A stretch of 64,000 nt of DNA from Desulfomicrobium sp. GTDB lineage: Bacteria > Desulfobacterota > Desulfovibrionia > Desulfovibrionales > Desulfomicrobiaceae. The notes beneath the pieces are model-generated. The model was not told the origin of the DNA and did not search any database. It saw nothing but the letters and a program-made list of their open reading frames with translations. A program made the position numbers and the translations under genes. The stretch lies in NCBI GenBank assembly GCA_040768745.1, contig JAXGMI010000001.1, positions 864,001 through 928,000 of the forward strand, given 5' to 3'. Position 1 is the stretch's first letter. Every line of letters begins with the position of its first letter. Positions 9,616 to 19,752 of this stretch are shown here, in pieces.

Positions 9616-10997
9616 CCGCGGATCTAGACGGTACCCTGCATCTCCTTTCCGGTCTGCAACCCGTCCAGGCCTATGGCAAGGTCACCAAAGTCGTGGGCCT
9701 GGTGGCCGAGGGGAGAGGGATCAAGGCCCCTCTGGGTTCCGTGTGCCAGCTGCTTCCCGAAGGCCGGGGCAGCCAGGTCATCAATGCCGAAGTGATCGGG
9801 TTCCGTGACGACGTGGTGCTGCTCATGCCCTACGGCGAAATGCGGGGCGTCCGCCCCGGCAGCCTGATCCGTAACACGAGTACGCCCCCGCACTTCCCGG
9901 TGGGCAACCGTTTTCTTGGCCGGGCCGTGGATGCCTTTGGCCAGGCCCTGGACACGGGACAGCCAATCCGCCCGGTCCGTTACAACCCCCTGCATGCCAA
10001 TCCGCCAAGCCCCATGACCCGGCCCCGCATCAGTGAACCCCTGGATGTCGGCGTGCGGGCCATCAATGGGCTCCTGACCCTGGGCAAGGGGCAGCGAATC
10101 GGCATCATGGCCGGTTCTGGAGTGGGCAAGAGCACTCTCATGGGCATGATCGCCCGCTACACCTCGGCCGACGTGAACGTCATCGGCTTGATCGGCGAAC
10201 GCGGCCGCGAAGTCATGGATTTTATCGAGAAGGACCTGGGTCCCGAGGGTTTGGCGAAGTCGGTCCTCGTCGTGGCCACCTCGGACCAGGGCCCCCTGGT
10301 GCGGATGCGCGCAGCCTTCGCGGCAACGGCCATGGCGGAATTTTTTCGCGACCAGGGCAGGGATGTGCTGCTGATGATGGATTCGGTGACCCGCTTCGCC
10401 ATGGCCGCCCGTGAAGTGGGTTTGGCCGCTGGCGAGCCGCCAACCACCAGGGGCTACACGCCCACGGTTTTCTCCCACCTGCCCAGGCTCCTGGAACGCG
10501 CCGGACGCTCTGCCACGGGCAGCATCACCGGCATCTACACGGTCCTCGTGGAGGGGGATGACTTCAATGAACCCGTGGCCGATGCCGTCCGTTCCATCCT
10601 GGACGGTCACGTCGTGCTCACCCGGGAACTTGCCGACCAAGGCCACTACCCGTCCATCGACGTGCTCAGGAGCATCAGCCGTCTGGCCGCGGACGTGGCC
10701 CCCAAACCTGTCATGGCCGCCGCGCGCACCTTGGTCCGCCACCTGGGCACGTTCAACCGGGTCGAGGACATGATCAATATCGGCGCCTATGCTCCCGGAT
10801 CCAATCAGGAAATCGACCTCGCCCTGGAGATGATCCAGCCCATTCGCGGATTTTTACAACAACCCTTGGAGGAATGCTGCGCCCTGGACCAATCCTTCGC
10901 AGCCCTGCAGAAACTTGCCGGACAGGGCAATCCGAAATCTGTCAGGCCCCGCGTTCAGTCCATGGAACCGCCGGCCACCCGCACTACCTCCTCATAG
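9612..10997 (+). CDS. fliI: Flagellar export ATPase FliI
   Basis: AGSGVGKS, LIGERGRE, DSVTRFAMA and GSITGIYTVLVEGDD motifs. Confidence 0.96.
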   Translation: MTADLDGTLHLLSGLQPVQAYGKVTKVVGLVAEGRGIKAPLGSVCQLLPEGRGSQVINAEVIGFRDDVVLLMPYGEMRGVRPGSLIRNTSTPPHFPVGNRFLGRAVDAFGQALDTGQPIRPVRYNPLHANPPSPMTRPRISEPLDVGVRAINGLLTLGKGQRIGIMAGSGVGKSTLMGMIARYTSADVNVIGLIGERGREVMDFIEKDLGPEGLAKSVLVVATSDQGPLVRMRAAFAATAMAEFFRDQGRDVLLMMDSVTRFAMAAREVGLAAGEPPTTRGYTPTVFSHLPRLLERAGRSATGSITGIYTVLVEGDDFNEPVADAVRSILDGHVVLTRELADQGHYPSIDVLRSISRLAADVAPKPVMAAARTLVRHLGTFNRVEDMINIGAYAPGSNQEIDLALEMIQPIRGFLQQPLEECCALDQSFAALQKLAGQGNPKSVRPRVQSMEPPATRTTSS

Positions 10998-12739
10998 GTG
11001 GTCACTCCGCGCAGCACCCGCTCCATGCCGTCGTCGAAAAGGGAGCGTACCCCCTTACGCCGGACCAGGGCCCGCAGGTCCCCCAGGTCGACGTTCTTGC
11101 GCACGGCGTCCTTGACTTCTGTATCATAGGGCAGGATCTCGAATATCCCCGTTCTCCCGAAGAAACCGGTCTGCCGGCACTGTTCGCACCCGCGCCCCTT
11201 CCACAATTTCTGATCGGGCTTGATGTAGGATTCCAGGCCCAGAGCCCTGATCTGGTTGTAATCGGGAACAAACTGCACCTTGCAGTTGGGGCAGATGTTC
11301 CGCACCAGACGCTGGGCGATGCATCCGATGACCGAGGCATTGATCAGGTAGGCGTCCAGACCGAGGTCCAGCAGCCTGGTCAAGGCCGAGCTGGCGTCGT
11401 TGGTGTGCAGGGTGGAAAAGACGATATGTCCGGTCAGGGCCGACTGCACGGCCTGCTCGGCCGTTTCCAGGTCACGCATCTCTCCGATCATGATGATGTC
11501 CGGATCCTGACGCAGGATATGGCGCAGCATCTGCCCGAAGGTCACCCCGATCTTGGTCTGGATTCCGATCTGGTTGAAGTCGTCCACGACCATTTCGATG
11601 GGATCCTCCAGGGTCACCACATTGACCTGGGGGTTGGCCAGCACCTTCAGGGTCGAATAGAGTGACGTCGATTTCCCGCTGCCCGTGGGGCCGGTGACCA
11701 GGATGAGCCCATAGGTGCAGCGTAGGAATTTTGCATAGGTCTCATACTGCTCCGGGAGCATGCCCAGTTCCTGCAGGTTCTTGAGGGTCGTGTCACTGGA
11801 GAGCAGCCGCAGAACCATTTTCTCCCCAAAAGCCACAGGGATGGTCGATACGCGCACATCAGTGGGCACCCCGCCCAGGACCAGCTGCACACGGCCGTCC
11901 TGAGGTCGCCGTCGTTCGGAGATATCCAGCCGGCTCATGCCCTTGAGGCGGTTGATCATGGCCAGGTGCACGGTCATGGGCAGCCTGTGCAGGTCATGCA
12001 GAATGCCGTCAATGCGGAACCGAACCAGGGAATGGTCCCTCTTGGGTTCCATGTGGATGTCGCTGGCCCGCTCCCGCAATGCGGACCGCAGGAGATAGTC
12101 CACGGCCTTGGTGATGTGCTTGTGCGAGGACGGATCAGATTTTTCCGCGACCTTGACCCGCGCCTCCAGGTTGCCGATTTCATTCCCGGACATGAATTCG
12201 ACTTCCGCAGCCTGGATGGCAGTCCGAAACTGGTAGAAATCATCGATGAGACGCTCTATGTCCTGTCGCGTGCACAGAAAGACCTTGTATGGCAGTGTGC
12301 TGACCCGCTCCATGTCCTGCCACAGCTCAGGGCGAAACGGGTTGAATGCGGCCAGTTCCAGCACGCCATCGCGGATCATGATCGGGACCAGGGTGTTCTT
12401 GCGGGCAAAACTCTCGGATATTGTCTTGGTGGTCACCTCGAGGTCCAGATCAAAGGGATCCACACGACGGAATTCGAGCCCTTCCTGCCTGGCCACAGCT
12501 TTGAGGATCACCTCCTCGGTCAGGCGTGCATCGGGTTGATGTGGATCCTTGGATGTCTTGCGGATGTTGAACCGGATCAGGCTGTCGATCCCGTCCGCAG
12601 CGTGCAGTCCGATGTCATTTTTCTGGGCATGCTCCATGATCACCTTGGCCTGCTCTGCGGTGATCTCCCCCTCGCGGACCAGGATCCCAAGCAGATATTC
12701 CAGGGAGTAGACAATGCGGCGATGGGCAAATTCATTCAT
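10955..12739 (-). CDS. GspE/PilB-family secretion/pilus assembly ATPase
   Basis: [38 protein letters not shown] and STLHTN motifs plus a tetracysteine CPNC..CEQC. Confidence 0.92.
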   Translation of the reverse strand: MNEFAHRRIVYSLEYLLGILVREGEITAEQAKVIMEHAQKNDIGLHAADGIDSLIRFNIRKTSKDPHQPDARLTEEVILKAVARQEGLEFRRVDPFDLDLEVTTKTISESFARKNTLVPIMIRDGVLELAAFNPFRPELWQDMERVSTLPYKVFLCTRQDIERLIDDFYQFRTAIQAAEVEFMSGNEIGNLEARVKVAEKSDPSSHKHITKAVDYLLRSALRERASDIHMEPKRDHSLVRFRIDGILHDLHRLPMTVHLAMINRLKGMSRLDISERRRPQDGRVQLVLGGVPTDVRVSTIPVAFGEKMVLRLLSSDTTLKNLQELGMLPEQYETYAKFLRCTYGLILVTGPTGSGKSTSLYSTLKVLANPQVNVVTLEDPIEMVVDDFNQIGIQTKIGVTFGQMLRHILRQDPDIIMIGEMRDLETAEQAVQSALTGHIVFSTLHTNDASSALTRLLDLGLDAYLINASVIGCIAQRLVRNICPNCKVQFVPDYNQIRALGLESYIKPDQKLWKGRGCEQCRQTGFFGRTGIFEILPYDTEVKDAVRKNVDLGDLRALVRRKGVRSLFDDGMERVLRGVTTYEEVVRVAGGSMD

Positions 12740-13211
12740 GAGTTCTTTCCTTGTGATGCAGGGCCAGAATCCGCTCTATGATTCCTGTCGTGGAGTACCC
12801 TTCCAGAAGGGGAATGGAAAGCACACGCCCTCCCCTGGCCTCGACCAGGTCCCTGCCCACGATGCATTCCACGGGCCAGTCCCCGCCTTTGACCAGTACC
12901 GCGGGCCTGATTTTCGTGACGAGTTCGTACGGGGTGTCCTCCTCGAAAATGACCACAAAATCCACACAGGCCAGGCCAGCCAGGACCAGGGCCCGGCTCT
13001 TCTGGTCGTTGACGGGCCGCGTGGGACCTTTGAGCCTGCGCACCGAGGCATCGCTGTTCAGCCCCACCACCAGCAGGGATCCCAAGGCCCGGGCCCGCTG
13101 GAGATAGTCCACATGCCCAGCATGGAGGATGTCGAAGCAGCCGTTGGTAAAAACCATTTCCCGGCCCGGGGGGACCATGTGCACCAGACTGTCGGGAGTC
13201 ACAATTTTCAT
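12732..13211 (-). CDS. rfaE2: D-glycero-beta-D-manno-heptose 1-phosphate adenylyltransferase (HldE domain II)
   Basis: [32 protein letters not shown] and STTGII motifs. Confidence 0.9.
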   Translation of the reverse strand: MKIVTPDSLVHMVPPGREMVFTNGCFDILHAGHVDYLQRARALGSLLVVGLNSDASVRRLKGPTRPVNDQKSRALVLAGLACVDFVVIFEEDTPYELVTKIRPAVLVKGGDWPVECIVGRDLVEARGGRVLSIPLLEGYSTTGIIERILALHHKERTHE

Positions 13212-13292
13212 TTCCGAATCCGCCTTCCGGCCTTGTTTGACGAGAATCGATGGGTACCGTACAAACCTTGAAAAATTCACGCAGGGTGTCTG

Positions 13293-14024
13293 ATGTTCAA
13301 AAACTGGATCCTGTCCAAACACGAATCCTTTGTGCGCGACGTGCTGCGCGATTTCTGCCAGATCGCCTTTGCCCTGGAAAACCATTTCCTGGAATTCGAC
13401 GCCACCTCCACAGTGCGCTTCCATTTTTTTGACGACATCCTGGGCAGGCAGAACAGCAAGGGCCTGCTCTGGAGGCTCAAGGACACGTCCCACCTCCTTT
13501 TCCGCAACGGAAAAACGGAAGGTTTCGACGTACTGGGAGAGTATCTGGACTGGGCCCTCGGCTACATCTTCCATGAGTGCATCAAACTCAAGGAGGACGC
13601 CTACCAGCAAATGAACTACACGCCCCGTTTCCGCCAGTTGCAGGAAAATCGAAGCCTCAGTCCCGAGGAACAGCACATTGGCTCCGAACTCTACTCCGTC
13701 ATCCGGCAGACCACCGAAAGCATAGAGCGGGAAGTTCGCCGCGTGCGTTTTATCCTTTTCCACTGCAAACGCATGTTCATCCTATATCTTCCCCAGCACA
13801 GTGAAAACCCCTTGCTGGCCCGTTTCCTGTACACCCAGAGCGACCTGGTGCGGGCCGTGTTCAAGGGCTACCACGCGGAATTGCTGCAGGCCACATATCC
13901 CGAAGGGATCGCCGCGATGTACGTCCTGGCGGCCCAGTCCTTTGAACAGGGCGGGTGGGCAGAAGAAGCGGCCACGGCCCGCGGCCTGGCCCTGACGGCC
14001 GGTGAGAATCCAAAAAACACTTGA
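13293..14024 (+). CDS. Conserved hypothetical protein (all-alpha)
   Basis: 243-aa ORF with host-like codon usage, divergent from rfaE2; no recognised motif. Confidence 0.75.
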   Translation: MFKNWILSKHESFVRDVLRDFCQIAFALENHFLEFDATSTVRFHFFDDILGRQNSKGLLWRLKDTSHLLFRNGKTEGFDVLGEYLDWALGYIFHECIKLKEDAYQQMNYTPRFRQLQENRSLSPEEQHIGSELYSVIRQTTESIEREVRRVRFILFHCKRMFILYLPQHSENPLLARFLYTQSDLVRAVFKGYHAELLQATYPEGIAAMYVLAAQSFEQGGWAEEAATARGLALTAGENPKNT

Positions 14025-14109
14025 ATTCAGGCCTGAAGGTGGTATTTTTTTTGTAGTTGTTAACGAGTTCATTTCATTTCCCAACCCCAACGCTACAAGG
14101 AATCCTCCC

Positions 14110-14631
14110 ATGCGTTATCTGAAGCTCCTGCTTTGTGCCATGTTACTGTCTTCATGGGGATGCGCGAACCTGACGGGCTCTTCAAGTTCCTCTGAACCGT
14201 CTGCCCCGCCCATGCAATCCAGTTTCTTCTATGATTTTAACGATATTCGCGTTCCGGAAGAAATGGAAATCCAGACCAACAAATCTTCTGTCACCCCTGT
14301 GGAAGGTGGCAAGTCCGGCGTGATGAAGTTCAAGGGCAGGGTCGAGCCCATCTCGCTCTTCGACTTCTTCTCCAACACCATGCCCAAGGATGGATGGACC
14401 CTTTTGACCTACCAGAAATATCAACGCTATCTCCTTGTTTTTTCTAAGGATACACGCGTCTGCGTGATTACCATCGAAGAGGATCCCATTTACTACACGT
14501 GGCTCGAGGTCTGGGTTTCCCCCCGCGTCACCTCCAGCTATGCCCCGGCCTACTCAACCGGCGCCCAGCCCCTGAACTCGTATCCTGCTTCCGGGGCATC
14601 CCCGGGCTCCGAGAGGACCCTGACCCAGTGA
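14110..14631 (+). CDS. Hypothetical lipoprotein
   Basis: MRYLKLLLCAMLLSSWG-C signal peptide with lipobox and a Ser-rich linker; AAGGA RBS. Confidence 0.8.
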   Translation: MRYLKLLLCAMLLSSWGCANLTGSSSSSEPSAPPMQSSFFYDFNDIRVPEEMEIQTNKSSVTPVEGGKSGVMKFKGRVEPISLFDFFSNTMPKDGWTLLTYQKYQRYLLVFSKDTRVCVITIEEDPIYYTWLEVWVSPRVTSSYAPAYSTGAQPLNSYPASGASPGSERTLTQ

Positions 14632-15839
14632 TTCCTGAACATTATTTTTTCGATACGTTTCACGGAAAACGCATTCATCTCGGCATCACCGGCTCCATCG
14701 CAGCCTACAAGGCCCTGGATCTGACCAGGGCCTTTCTGCGTTTGCACATCCAGGTCGGAGCGACCCTGACCGCAGCGGCCCGAAACTTTGTCACGGACCT
14801 CTCGTTTGCGGCCTTAGGGGCCCACCCCCTGCACAAGGACATGTTTACTGCCGGGATGGATTATGACCACCTCGAGCCTGCCGTTGCCGACACCTTTGTG
14901 GTTGCCCCGATCACGGCCAACATGCTGGCCAAGATGACCCACGGCATTGCCGACGATTTGCTCAGCTGCCAACTCCTGGCCTACCCCGGTCCGATCCTTG
15001 TTGCGCCAGCCATGAACCCGCGCATGTGGAGCGCAGCGGCTACGCGCCAGAATTGCGCAATTCTGGCAGAACGGGGCGTGCGCATCATTCCCCCCGGAAC
15101 TGGGCCCGTCGCCTGCGGAGACAGCGGAACCGGCCGACTGGCCCCCGTGGACGAGGTCTTCATCCAGACCCTGGCCGCCCTCGCCCCACAGGATCTTGCC
15201 GGCCAGAAAATCATGATCACCCTCGGCCCGACGCGGGAATTCTTCGACCGCGCCAGATTCTGGTCCAACCCTTCCACCGGGACCATGGGCGCATGTCTGG
15301 CTGTCTGCGCCGCCCTCCGCGGCGCAGCAGTCACTGCCATCTGCGGTCCCACCGACATTGCCCTACCGGCCATGGTCCATCGCATTCCCGTGACCTCGGC
15401 CAGAGAGATGTATGAAGCGAGCAATGACATTTTCCCGACCCAGGACATCGGCTGCTTCACTGCCGCCGTGGCGGACTTTCGCCCCCCGGCCTGCTCTGCG
15501 GGAAAGTACAAGAAGGATGGGCAGCCCCTCTCTCTGACCTTCGAGCCCAACCCTGATATCCTGCTGACCTTGAGCGCGGCAAAGAAAGCCCATCAACGCA
15601 CTGTCGGATTTGCCGCCGAGGCCGAAAATCTCGCTGAGAACGCGGCCAGGAAATTGGCCAGAAAAAATCTGGACCTTATTGTCGCCAATCCCATAGATCA
15701 AAGCGATGCCGGGTTTGCCACGGCCACCAATCGCGTCTATGTCCTGGACCGGTTTGGCCGGCATGAATCCTGGCCCACGTTGCCAAAGCCTGAAATTGCA
15801 TGGAGAATCTGGGATTGGATCTTGATGAATACACCCTGA
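14628..15839 (+). CDS. coaBC: Phosphopantothenoylcysteine decarboxylase/synthetase CoaBC
   Basis: GITGSIAAYKA, APAMNPRM, ACGDSGTGRL, NPSTGTMG, AAVADF and GFAAE motifs; GTG overlaps the upstream TGA. Confidence 0.95.
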   Translation: MIPEHYFFDTFHGKRIHLGITGSIAAYKALDLTRAFLRLHIQVGATLTAAARNFVTDLSFAALGAHPLHKDMFTAGMDYDHLEPAVADTFVVAPITANMLAKMTHGIADDLLSCQLLAYPGPILVAPAMNPRMWSAAATRQNCAILAERGVRIIPPGTGPVACGDSGTGRLAPVDEVFIQTLAALAPQDLAGQKIMITLGPTREFFDRARFWSNPSTGTMGACLAVCAALRGAAVTAICGPTDIALPAMVHRIPVTSAREMYEASNDIFPTQDIGCFTAAVADFRPPACSAGKYKKDGQPLSLTFEPNPDILLTLSAAKKAHQRTVGFAAEAENLAENAARKLARKNLDLIVANPIDQSDAGFATATNRVYVLDRFGRHESWPTLPKPEIAWRIWDWILMNTP

Positions 15840-16411
15840 CCGAATCCGAGCGCGTTCTGAAACGCCAGGGCGTCACACACCTCTGGTGTCCTGTTGCGCT
15901 GGACGCCCCCCCAGTGTCTGGTGAGACAGCGGGCCCCGTTGCGGGGATTTCTGCCGATCGGATTCAGACTCACGGTGACGCCCCGCCTTTGTCCCTCCCT
16001 CCTCTTTTCACGGCATTGTTTCACGGGAAACATCCCCCTGTGCGGACATTGTGGACCTACCCGGGGCTGGCCCAGGACCTGGCCAGATCCCCCGAGCCCC
16101 TGCGACTGACCATCTTCCGGAAAATCCAGGACGCAGCCTGCCTCCACCTCAAATGGAGTCAGGACGATATCTGTGTCTGGCCCCTGGACTACACGGAGAA
16201 TGTATCCCGCGCAGGCCTGGACTTTTTCCGGCCGCAGATCGTCCTGTGCTTTGGCCCCCCCCCGAGTCCCGGGGCGTGGGACAATGCAAAAAGCGGCGCC
16301 TTGTGCGGGGCGGATGTCCTGGTGCTGCCCAGTCTGGATGACATGGCCGCGAACGACCGGAGTGCCAAGAATCACGCATGGAAGGTCCTGCAATCACTCA
16401 CTGAATCCTGA
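15800..16411 (+). CDS. Hypothetical protein
   Basis: 203-aa ORF overlapping the coaBC end, co-oriented; start uncertain. Confidence 0.6.
   Translation: MENLGLDLDEYTLTESERVLKRQGVTHLWCPVALDAPPVSGETAGPVAGISADRIQTHGDAPPLSLPPLFTALFHGKHPPVRTLWTYPGLAQDLARSPEPLRLTIFRKIQDAACLHLKWSQDDICVWPLDYTENVSRAGLDFFRPQIVLCFGPPPSPGAWDNAKSGALCGADVLVLPSLDDMAANDRSAKNHAWKVLQSLTES
16017..16032. promoter_or_regulatory. parS-like site 1
   Basis: TGTTTCACGGGAAACA, 1 mismatch to the TGTTTCACGTGAAACA palindrome; 1.6 kb from parA. Confidence 0.75.
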
Positions 16412-16535
16412 CCCATTGTTGACCACTCTGCCCCGACTAGATCTCGATCCCTGGTTGTGCGCAGGCGCGTCCCCTCTGCGCTGAAAATTCCGTATTGCCC
16501 GCATTCACGGCTTCAGATAGGGAAACCCCATATCA

Positions 16536-16551
16536 TGTTTCACATGGAGCA
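16536..16551. promoter_or_regulatory. parS-like site 2
   Basis: TGTTTCACATGGAGCA, degenerate parS just upstream of the epimerase gene. Confidence 0.55.
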
Positions 16552-16555
16552 AAAA

Positions 16556-17563
16556 ATGCGCATTCTCATCACTGGCGCCGCAGGGTTCATCGGCTTCCAC
16601 CTCGCCCAGCGCTGCCTTTCCGCAGGGCTGACCGTTTTTGGGCTGGACAATCTCAATGACTACTACTCCGTCCAGCTCAAAAAAGACCGGCTGGCCCAAC
16701 TCCAGGACGAAAAGAATTTTTCCTTCGCCCCCATTGATCTGGCAAACAAGGAGGATCTGGAATCCTGCTTCGCCAAAAACCGGTTCACCCATGTCGTCAA
16801 TCTGGCGGCCCAGGCCGGAGTCCGCTATTCACTCATCAATCCGCAATCCTATGTCAGCTCGAACATCGTTGGCTTCGCCAACCTGCTGGAATGCTGCCGC
16901 CACCATCACACCCAGCATCTGGTCTATGCATCCTCCAGCTCTGTGTATGGCCTGAACACGAGCATGCCCTTTTCGGTCCACCACAATGTGGACCATCCGG
17001 TCAGTCTCTATGCGGCAAGCAAGAAGTCCAACGAACTGATGGCGCACACGTACAGCTACCTGTACAAACTCCCCACCACGGGCCTTCGCTTCTTTACGGT
17101 TTACGGTCCCTGGGGAAGACCGGACATGGCTCTTTACCTATTCACCAAGGCCATTTGCGAAGGGAAACCCATCAACATTTTCAATCACGGCAAGATGCGC
17201 CGGGATTTCACCTACATCGATGACATCGTCGAGGGCGTATTCCGTGTCATGCAGCGCATTCCGGAGCCGAACCCGCATTGGAACGGCGCTACCCCTGACC
17301 CAGGCTCTTCACCTGCCCCGTACAAACTCTACAATATCGGCAACAACAATACTGTGGAGCTCGAACGTTTCATCAGCGTCCTGGAAGAGGCCCTGGGCCG
17401 AAAGGCGTTGCGCAACTACATGGACATGCAGCCCGGCGATGTCCCGGCCACGTATGCGAATGTGGACGACTTGATCAGGGATGTCGGATTCAAACCCTCC
17501 ACGGGTATCGAGGTGGGCATCGGCAGATTCATCCGTTGGTATTCGGAATATTACGGCCAATAG
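16556..17563 (+). CDS. NAD-dependent epimerase, UDP-glucuronate 4-epimerase-like
   Basis: TGAAGFIG, NLAAQAGVRYS, YAASKK, RFFTVYGPWGRPDMA and QPGDV motifs; 335 aa from the ATG after GGAG. Confidence 0.92.
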   Translation: MRILITGAAGFIGFHLAQRCLSAGLTVFGLDNLNDYYSVQLKKDRLAQLQDEKNFSFAPIDLANKEDLESCFAKNRFTHVVNLAAQAGVRYSLINPQSYVSSNIVGFANLLECCRHHHTQHLVYASSSSVYGLNTSMPFSVHHNVDHPVSLYAASKKSNELMAHTYSYLYKLPTTGLRFFTVYGPWGRPDMALYLFTKAICEGKPINIFNHGKMRRDFTYIDDIVEGVFRVMQRIPEPNPHWNGATPDPGSSPAPYKLYNIGNNNTVELERFISVLEEALGRKALRNYMDMQPGDVPATYANVDDLIRDVGFKPSTGIEVGIGRFIRWYSEYYGQ

Positions 17564-17577
17564 TTTCCCGTGAAACA
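17562..17577. promoter_or_regulatory. parS-like site 3, immediately upstream of parA
   Basis: AGTTTCCCGTGAAACA; 15/16 identical to the reverse complement of site 1. Confidence 0.72.
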
Positions 17578-17599
17578 GCGAACCCGAAGCGAGGGATCC

Positions 17600-18388
17600 T
17601 TGACGCGCACCATTGTTCTCGCAAACCAGAAAGGGGGAGTGGGCAAGACCACGACGACTGTCAACCTCGCCGCATCCCTGGCGGCCATGGAACGGCGGGT
17701 CCTGGTCATCGACTGCGACCCGCAGGCCAACGCCTCGAGCGGGCTGGGGGTTGATGTGGCCGCAGTCAGATCATCCATCTACCAAGCACTCTTCAGCCCG
17801 GAAGACAGCCCTGCGGCGATCATCGACACAAGTCTGGACTATCTGAAAATTCTGCCTTCCACGCCAGACCTGGTGGGAGCGGAGATCGAGCTGAACGAGA
17901 TCCGCAACAGGGAATTCGCCTTGCAGGCCGTCGTTGAGCAGGTCGGCGCACATTTCGACTATGTGCTCATCGACTGCCCCCCCTCCCTGGGTCTCATCAC
18001 CATAAACGCCCTGTGCGCCGCACGCTGGCTGCTTGTCCCCCTGCAGTGCGAATACTACGCCATGGAAGGCATCGCCCAACTGATGAAGACGTACGCCCTG
18101 GTCAGGGAGCGTCTGAACCCGAAGCTGGACATCCTGGGCATCCTCCTGACCATGTTCGACAAGCGGAACAAGCTCTCCTTCATGGTCGAAAGGGAAGTTC
18201 GGGATCACTTCGGAAAGTTGGTTTTCCGGACATCAATACCGCGGAATGTGCGCCTCTCCGAAGCGCCGAGTCACGGACTGCCGGCAATCCTCTACGACGT
18301 CAGGTCCCTGGGCACCCAATCCTATATCTCCCTGGCGCAGGAACTCATTGAGGACCCGCGACTTCACTCGCAGGCACAGGGGCGCTGA
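17600..18388 (+). CDS. parA: Chromosome partitioning ATPase ParA/Soj
   Basis: NQKGGVGKTT, DCDPQANAS, DCPPSLG and PRNVRLSEAPSHG motifs; TTG start after GAGG. Confidence 0.95.
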   Translation: MTRTIVLANQKGGVGKTTTTVNLAASLAAMERRVLVIDCDPQANASSGLGVDVAAVRSSIYQALFSPEDSPAAIIDTSLDYLKILPSTPDLVGAEIELNEIRNREFALQAVVEQVGAHFDYVLIDCPPSLGLITINALCAARWLLVPLQCEYYAMEGIAQLMKTYALVRERLNPKLDILGILLTMFDKRNKLSFMVEREVRDHFGKLVFRTSIPRNVRLSEAPSHGLPAILYDVRSLGTQSYISLAQELIEDPRLHSQAQGR

Positions 18389-18774
18389 GGGGTGCAGGTC
18401 ACTGTGACCTTGTCCTTGAAATGGCGCTTGGTGATGCGGGATTGGCAGGCAACACAATGAAACGAAAGCAACCCACCCATGTTCGCCGCGGCCAGGATGA
18501 ACTTGCGCGGCTCGTCCGCTTCCCAGTCGCAGGTGGAGGCCCCGCAGGTCTCGCACGTGACATCCGTCGGCAAATCGTACCGGAAGTCCCAGTATTTTTT
18601 GAGCATTTCGAGATCGGCCAGAGGCTCTGGCACTGCCCGCTCCGAAGGGAAAAGTTTTTCCAGCACACCCAGGACATGACCGCAGACGTGCCGCCACATC
18701 TCCTCCTCCAGAAAAACGCCCTGGGGCCGTCCCTGGGCGTCGACAACATACCGAATGGCAGTCTCTTTGTGCAT
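18364..18774 (-). CDS. Hypothetical protein with two CxxC pairs (putative zinc ribbon)
   Basis: 136 aa; CETC and CVAC pairs; CAGGAG RBS; antisense between parA and parB. Confidence 0.7.
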   Translation of the reverse strand: MHKETAIRYVVDAQGRPQGVFLEEEMWRHVCGHVLGVLEKLFPSERAVPEPLADLEMLKKYWDFRYDLPTDVTCETCGASTCDWEADEPRKFILAAANMGGLLSFHCVACQSRITKRHFKDKVTVTCTPQRPCACE

Positions 18775-18867
18775 ACATGCTCCTGATGCGGGCGCTTGGT
18801 CCGCGCGTACCCAGATTATGAGGCCCGGCGGAAGAAGAACCGCCGGGCAAAACACCACGAGAAACCC

Positions 18868-19752
18868 ATGACCATGAAAAAAAGAGGACTCGGACGGGGC
18901 CTAGATGTACTCATCAAGAGCCGCGTTGTCGAACCCGAACAGCAGGCGGAAATAGTCAGTCTGGACATGGACGCCCTGACGCCCAACCTGAACCAGCCCC
19001 GTCACCACTTTGACCAGGAAGCCCTGGACGAACTGGCCGCTTCCATCAAATCCCAGGGGTTGATCCAACCCATCCTGGTCCGCCCCCTGGACGAACCAGG
19101 TAAATACGAAATCGTGGCCGGGGAACGACGCTGGCGGGCGTGCCAACGTGCAGGCCTGCACAGTATCGAATGCATTGTGCGCCCCATGGACGAACATGAG
19201 AGCATGGCCATCGCCCTCATCGAGAATCTGCAGCGCGAGGACCTGAATCCCATGGAGGAGGCCCGGGCCCTGGGACGGATCAAGGAACATTTCGAGATCA
19301 CCCAGGACGCCCTGGCGGACAAGATCGGAAAAAGCCGGCCGGCCGTGGCCAACAGCCTGCGCCTGCTCAGACTTCCGGACAAAGTGCAGGGACTGCTCGA
19401 ATCCGGAGCCATCTCGGCCGGTCACGCCCGGGCGCTCCTCAGCCTCGAGGACGCTGAGGACATGGAAAAACTGAGCAGGACCGTCGTCTCCAAGGGGTTG
19501 AACGTCAGGGCCACGGAAGATCTGATCAGAAAATTCAAAAAGGCCGACCTCACCCCTCGTAAATTGCCGCGCACAGGCCAGACCCCTCCCCAGGACATTT
19601 CATCCCTGATGACAAGTCTTGGCCGGCAGTTCACCATCAGGCATTCCGGCACCCCGGACAAGGGGAAAATCGTGCTCTCCTACGCCTCCCCACAGGAGCG
19701 GGAAGCCATCACCACCCTGCTGGAGCGCATGGCCAAGGAGCAGCAGTCATGA
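18868..19752 (+). CDS. parB: Chromosome partitioning protein ParB/Spo0J
   Basis: GLGRGLD, QPR..FD, GERRWRA, ENLQREDL and HTH KSRPAVANSLRLL motifs. Confidence 0.95.
   Translation: MTMKKRGLGRGLDVLIKSRVVEPEQQAEIVSLDMDALTPNLNQPRHHFDQEALDELAASIKSQGLIQPILVRPLDEPGKYEIVAGERRWRACQRAGLHSIECIVRPMDEHESMAIALIENLQREDLNPMEEARALGRIKEHFEITQDALADKIGKSRPAVANSLRLLRLPDKVQGLLESGAISAGHARALLSLEDAEDMEKLSRTVVSKGLNVRATEDLIRKFKKADLTPRKLPRTGQTPPQDISSLMTSLGRQFTIRHSGTPDKGKIVLSYASPQEREAITTLLERMAKEQQS

Noticed and set aside
10955..10997. 43-bp convergent overlap of fliI and the PilB/GspE gene as a flagellum-pilus switch
   Set aside because: The overlap lies in a low-complexity FliI tail and is most simply a stop-codon drift; no supporting evidence.
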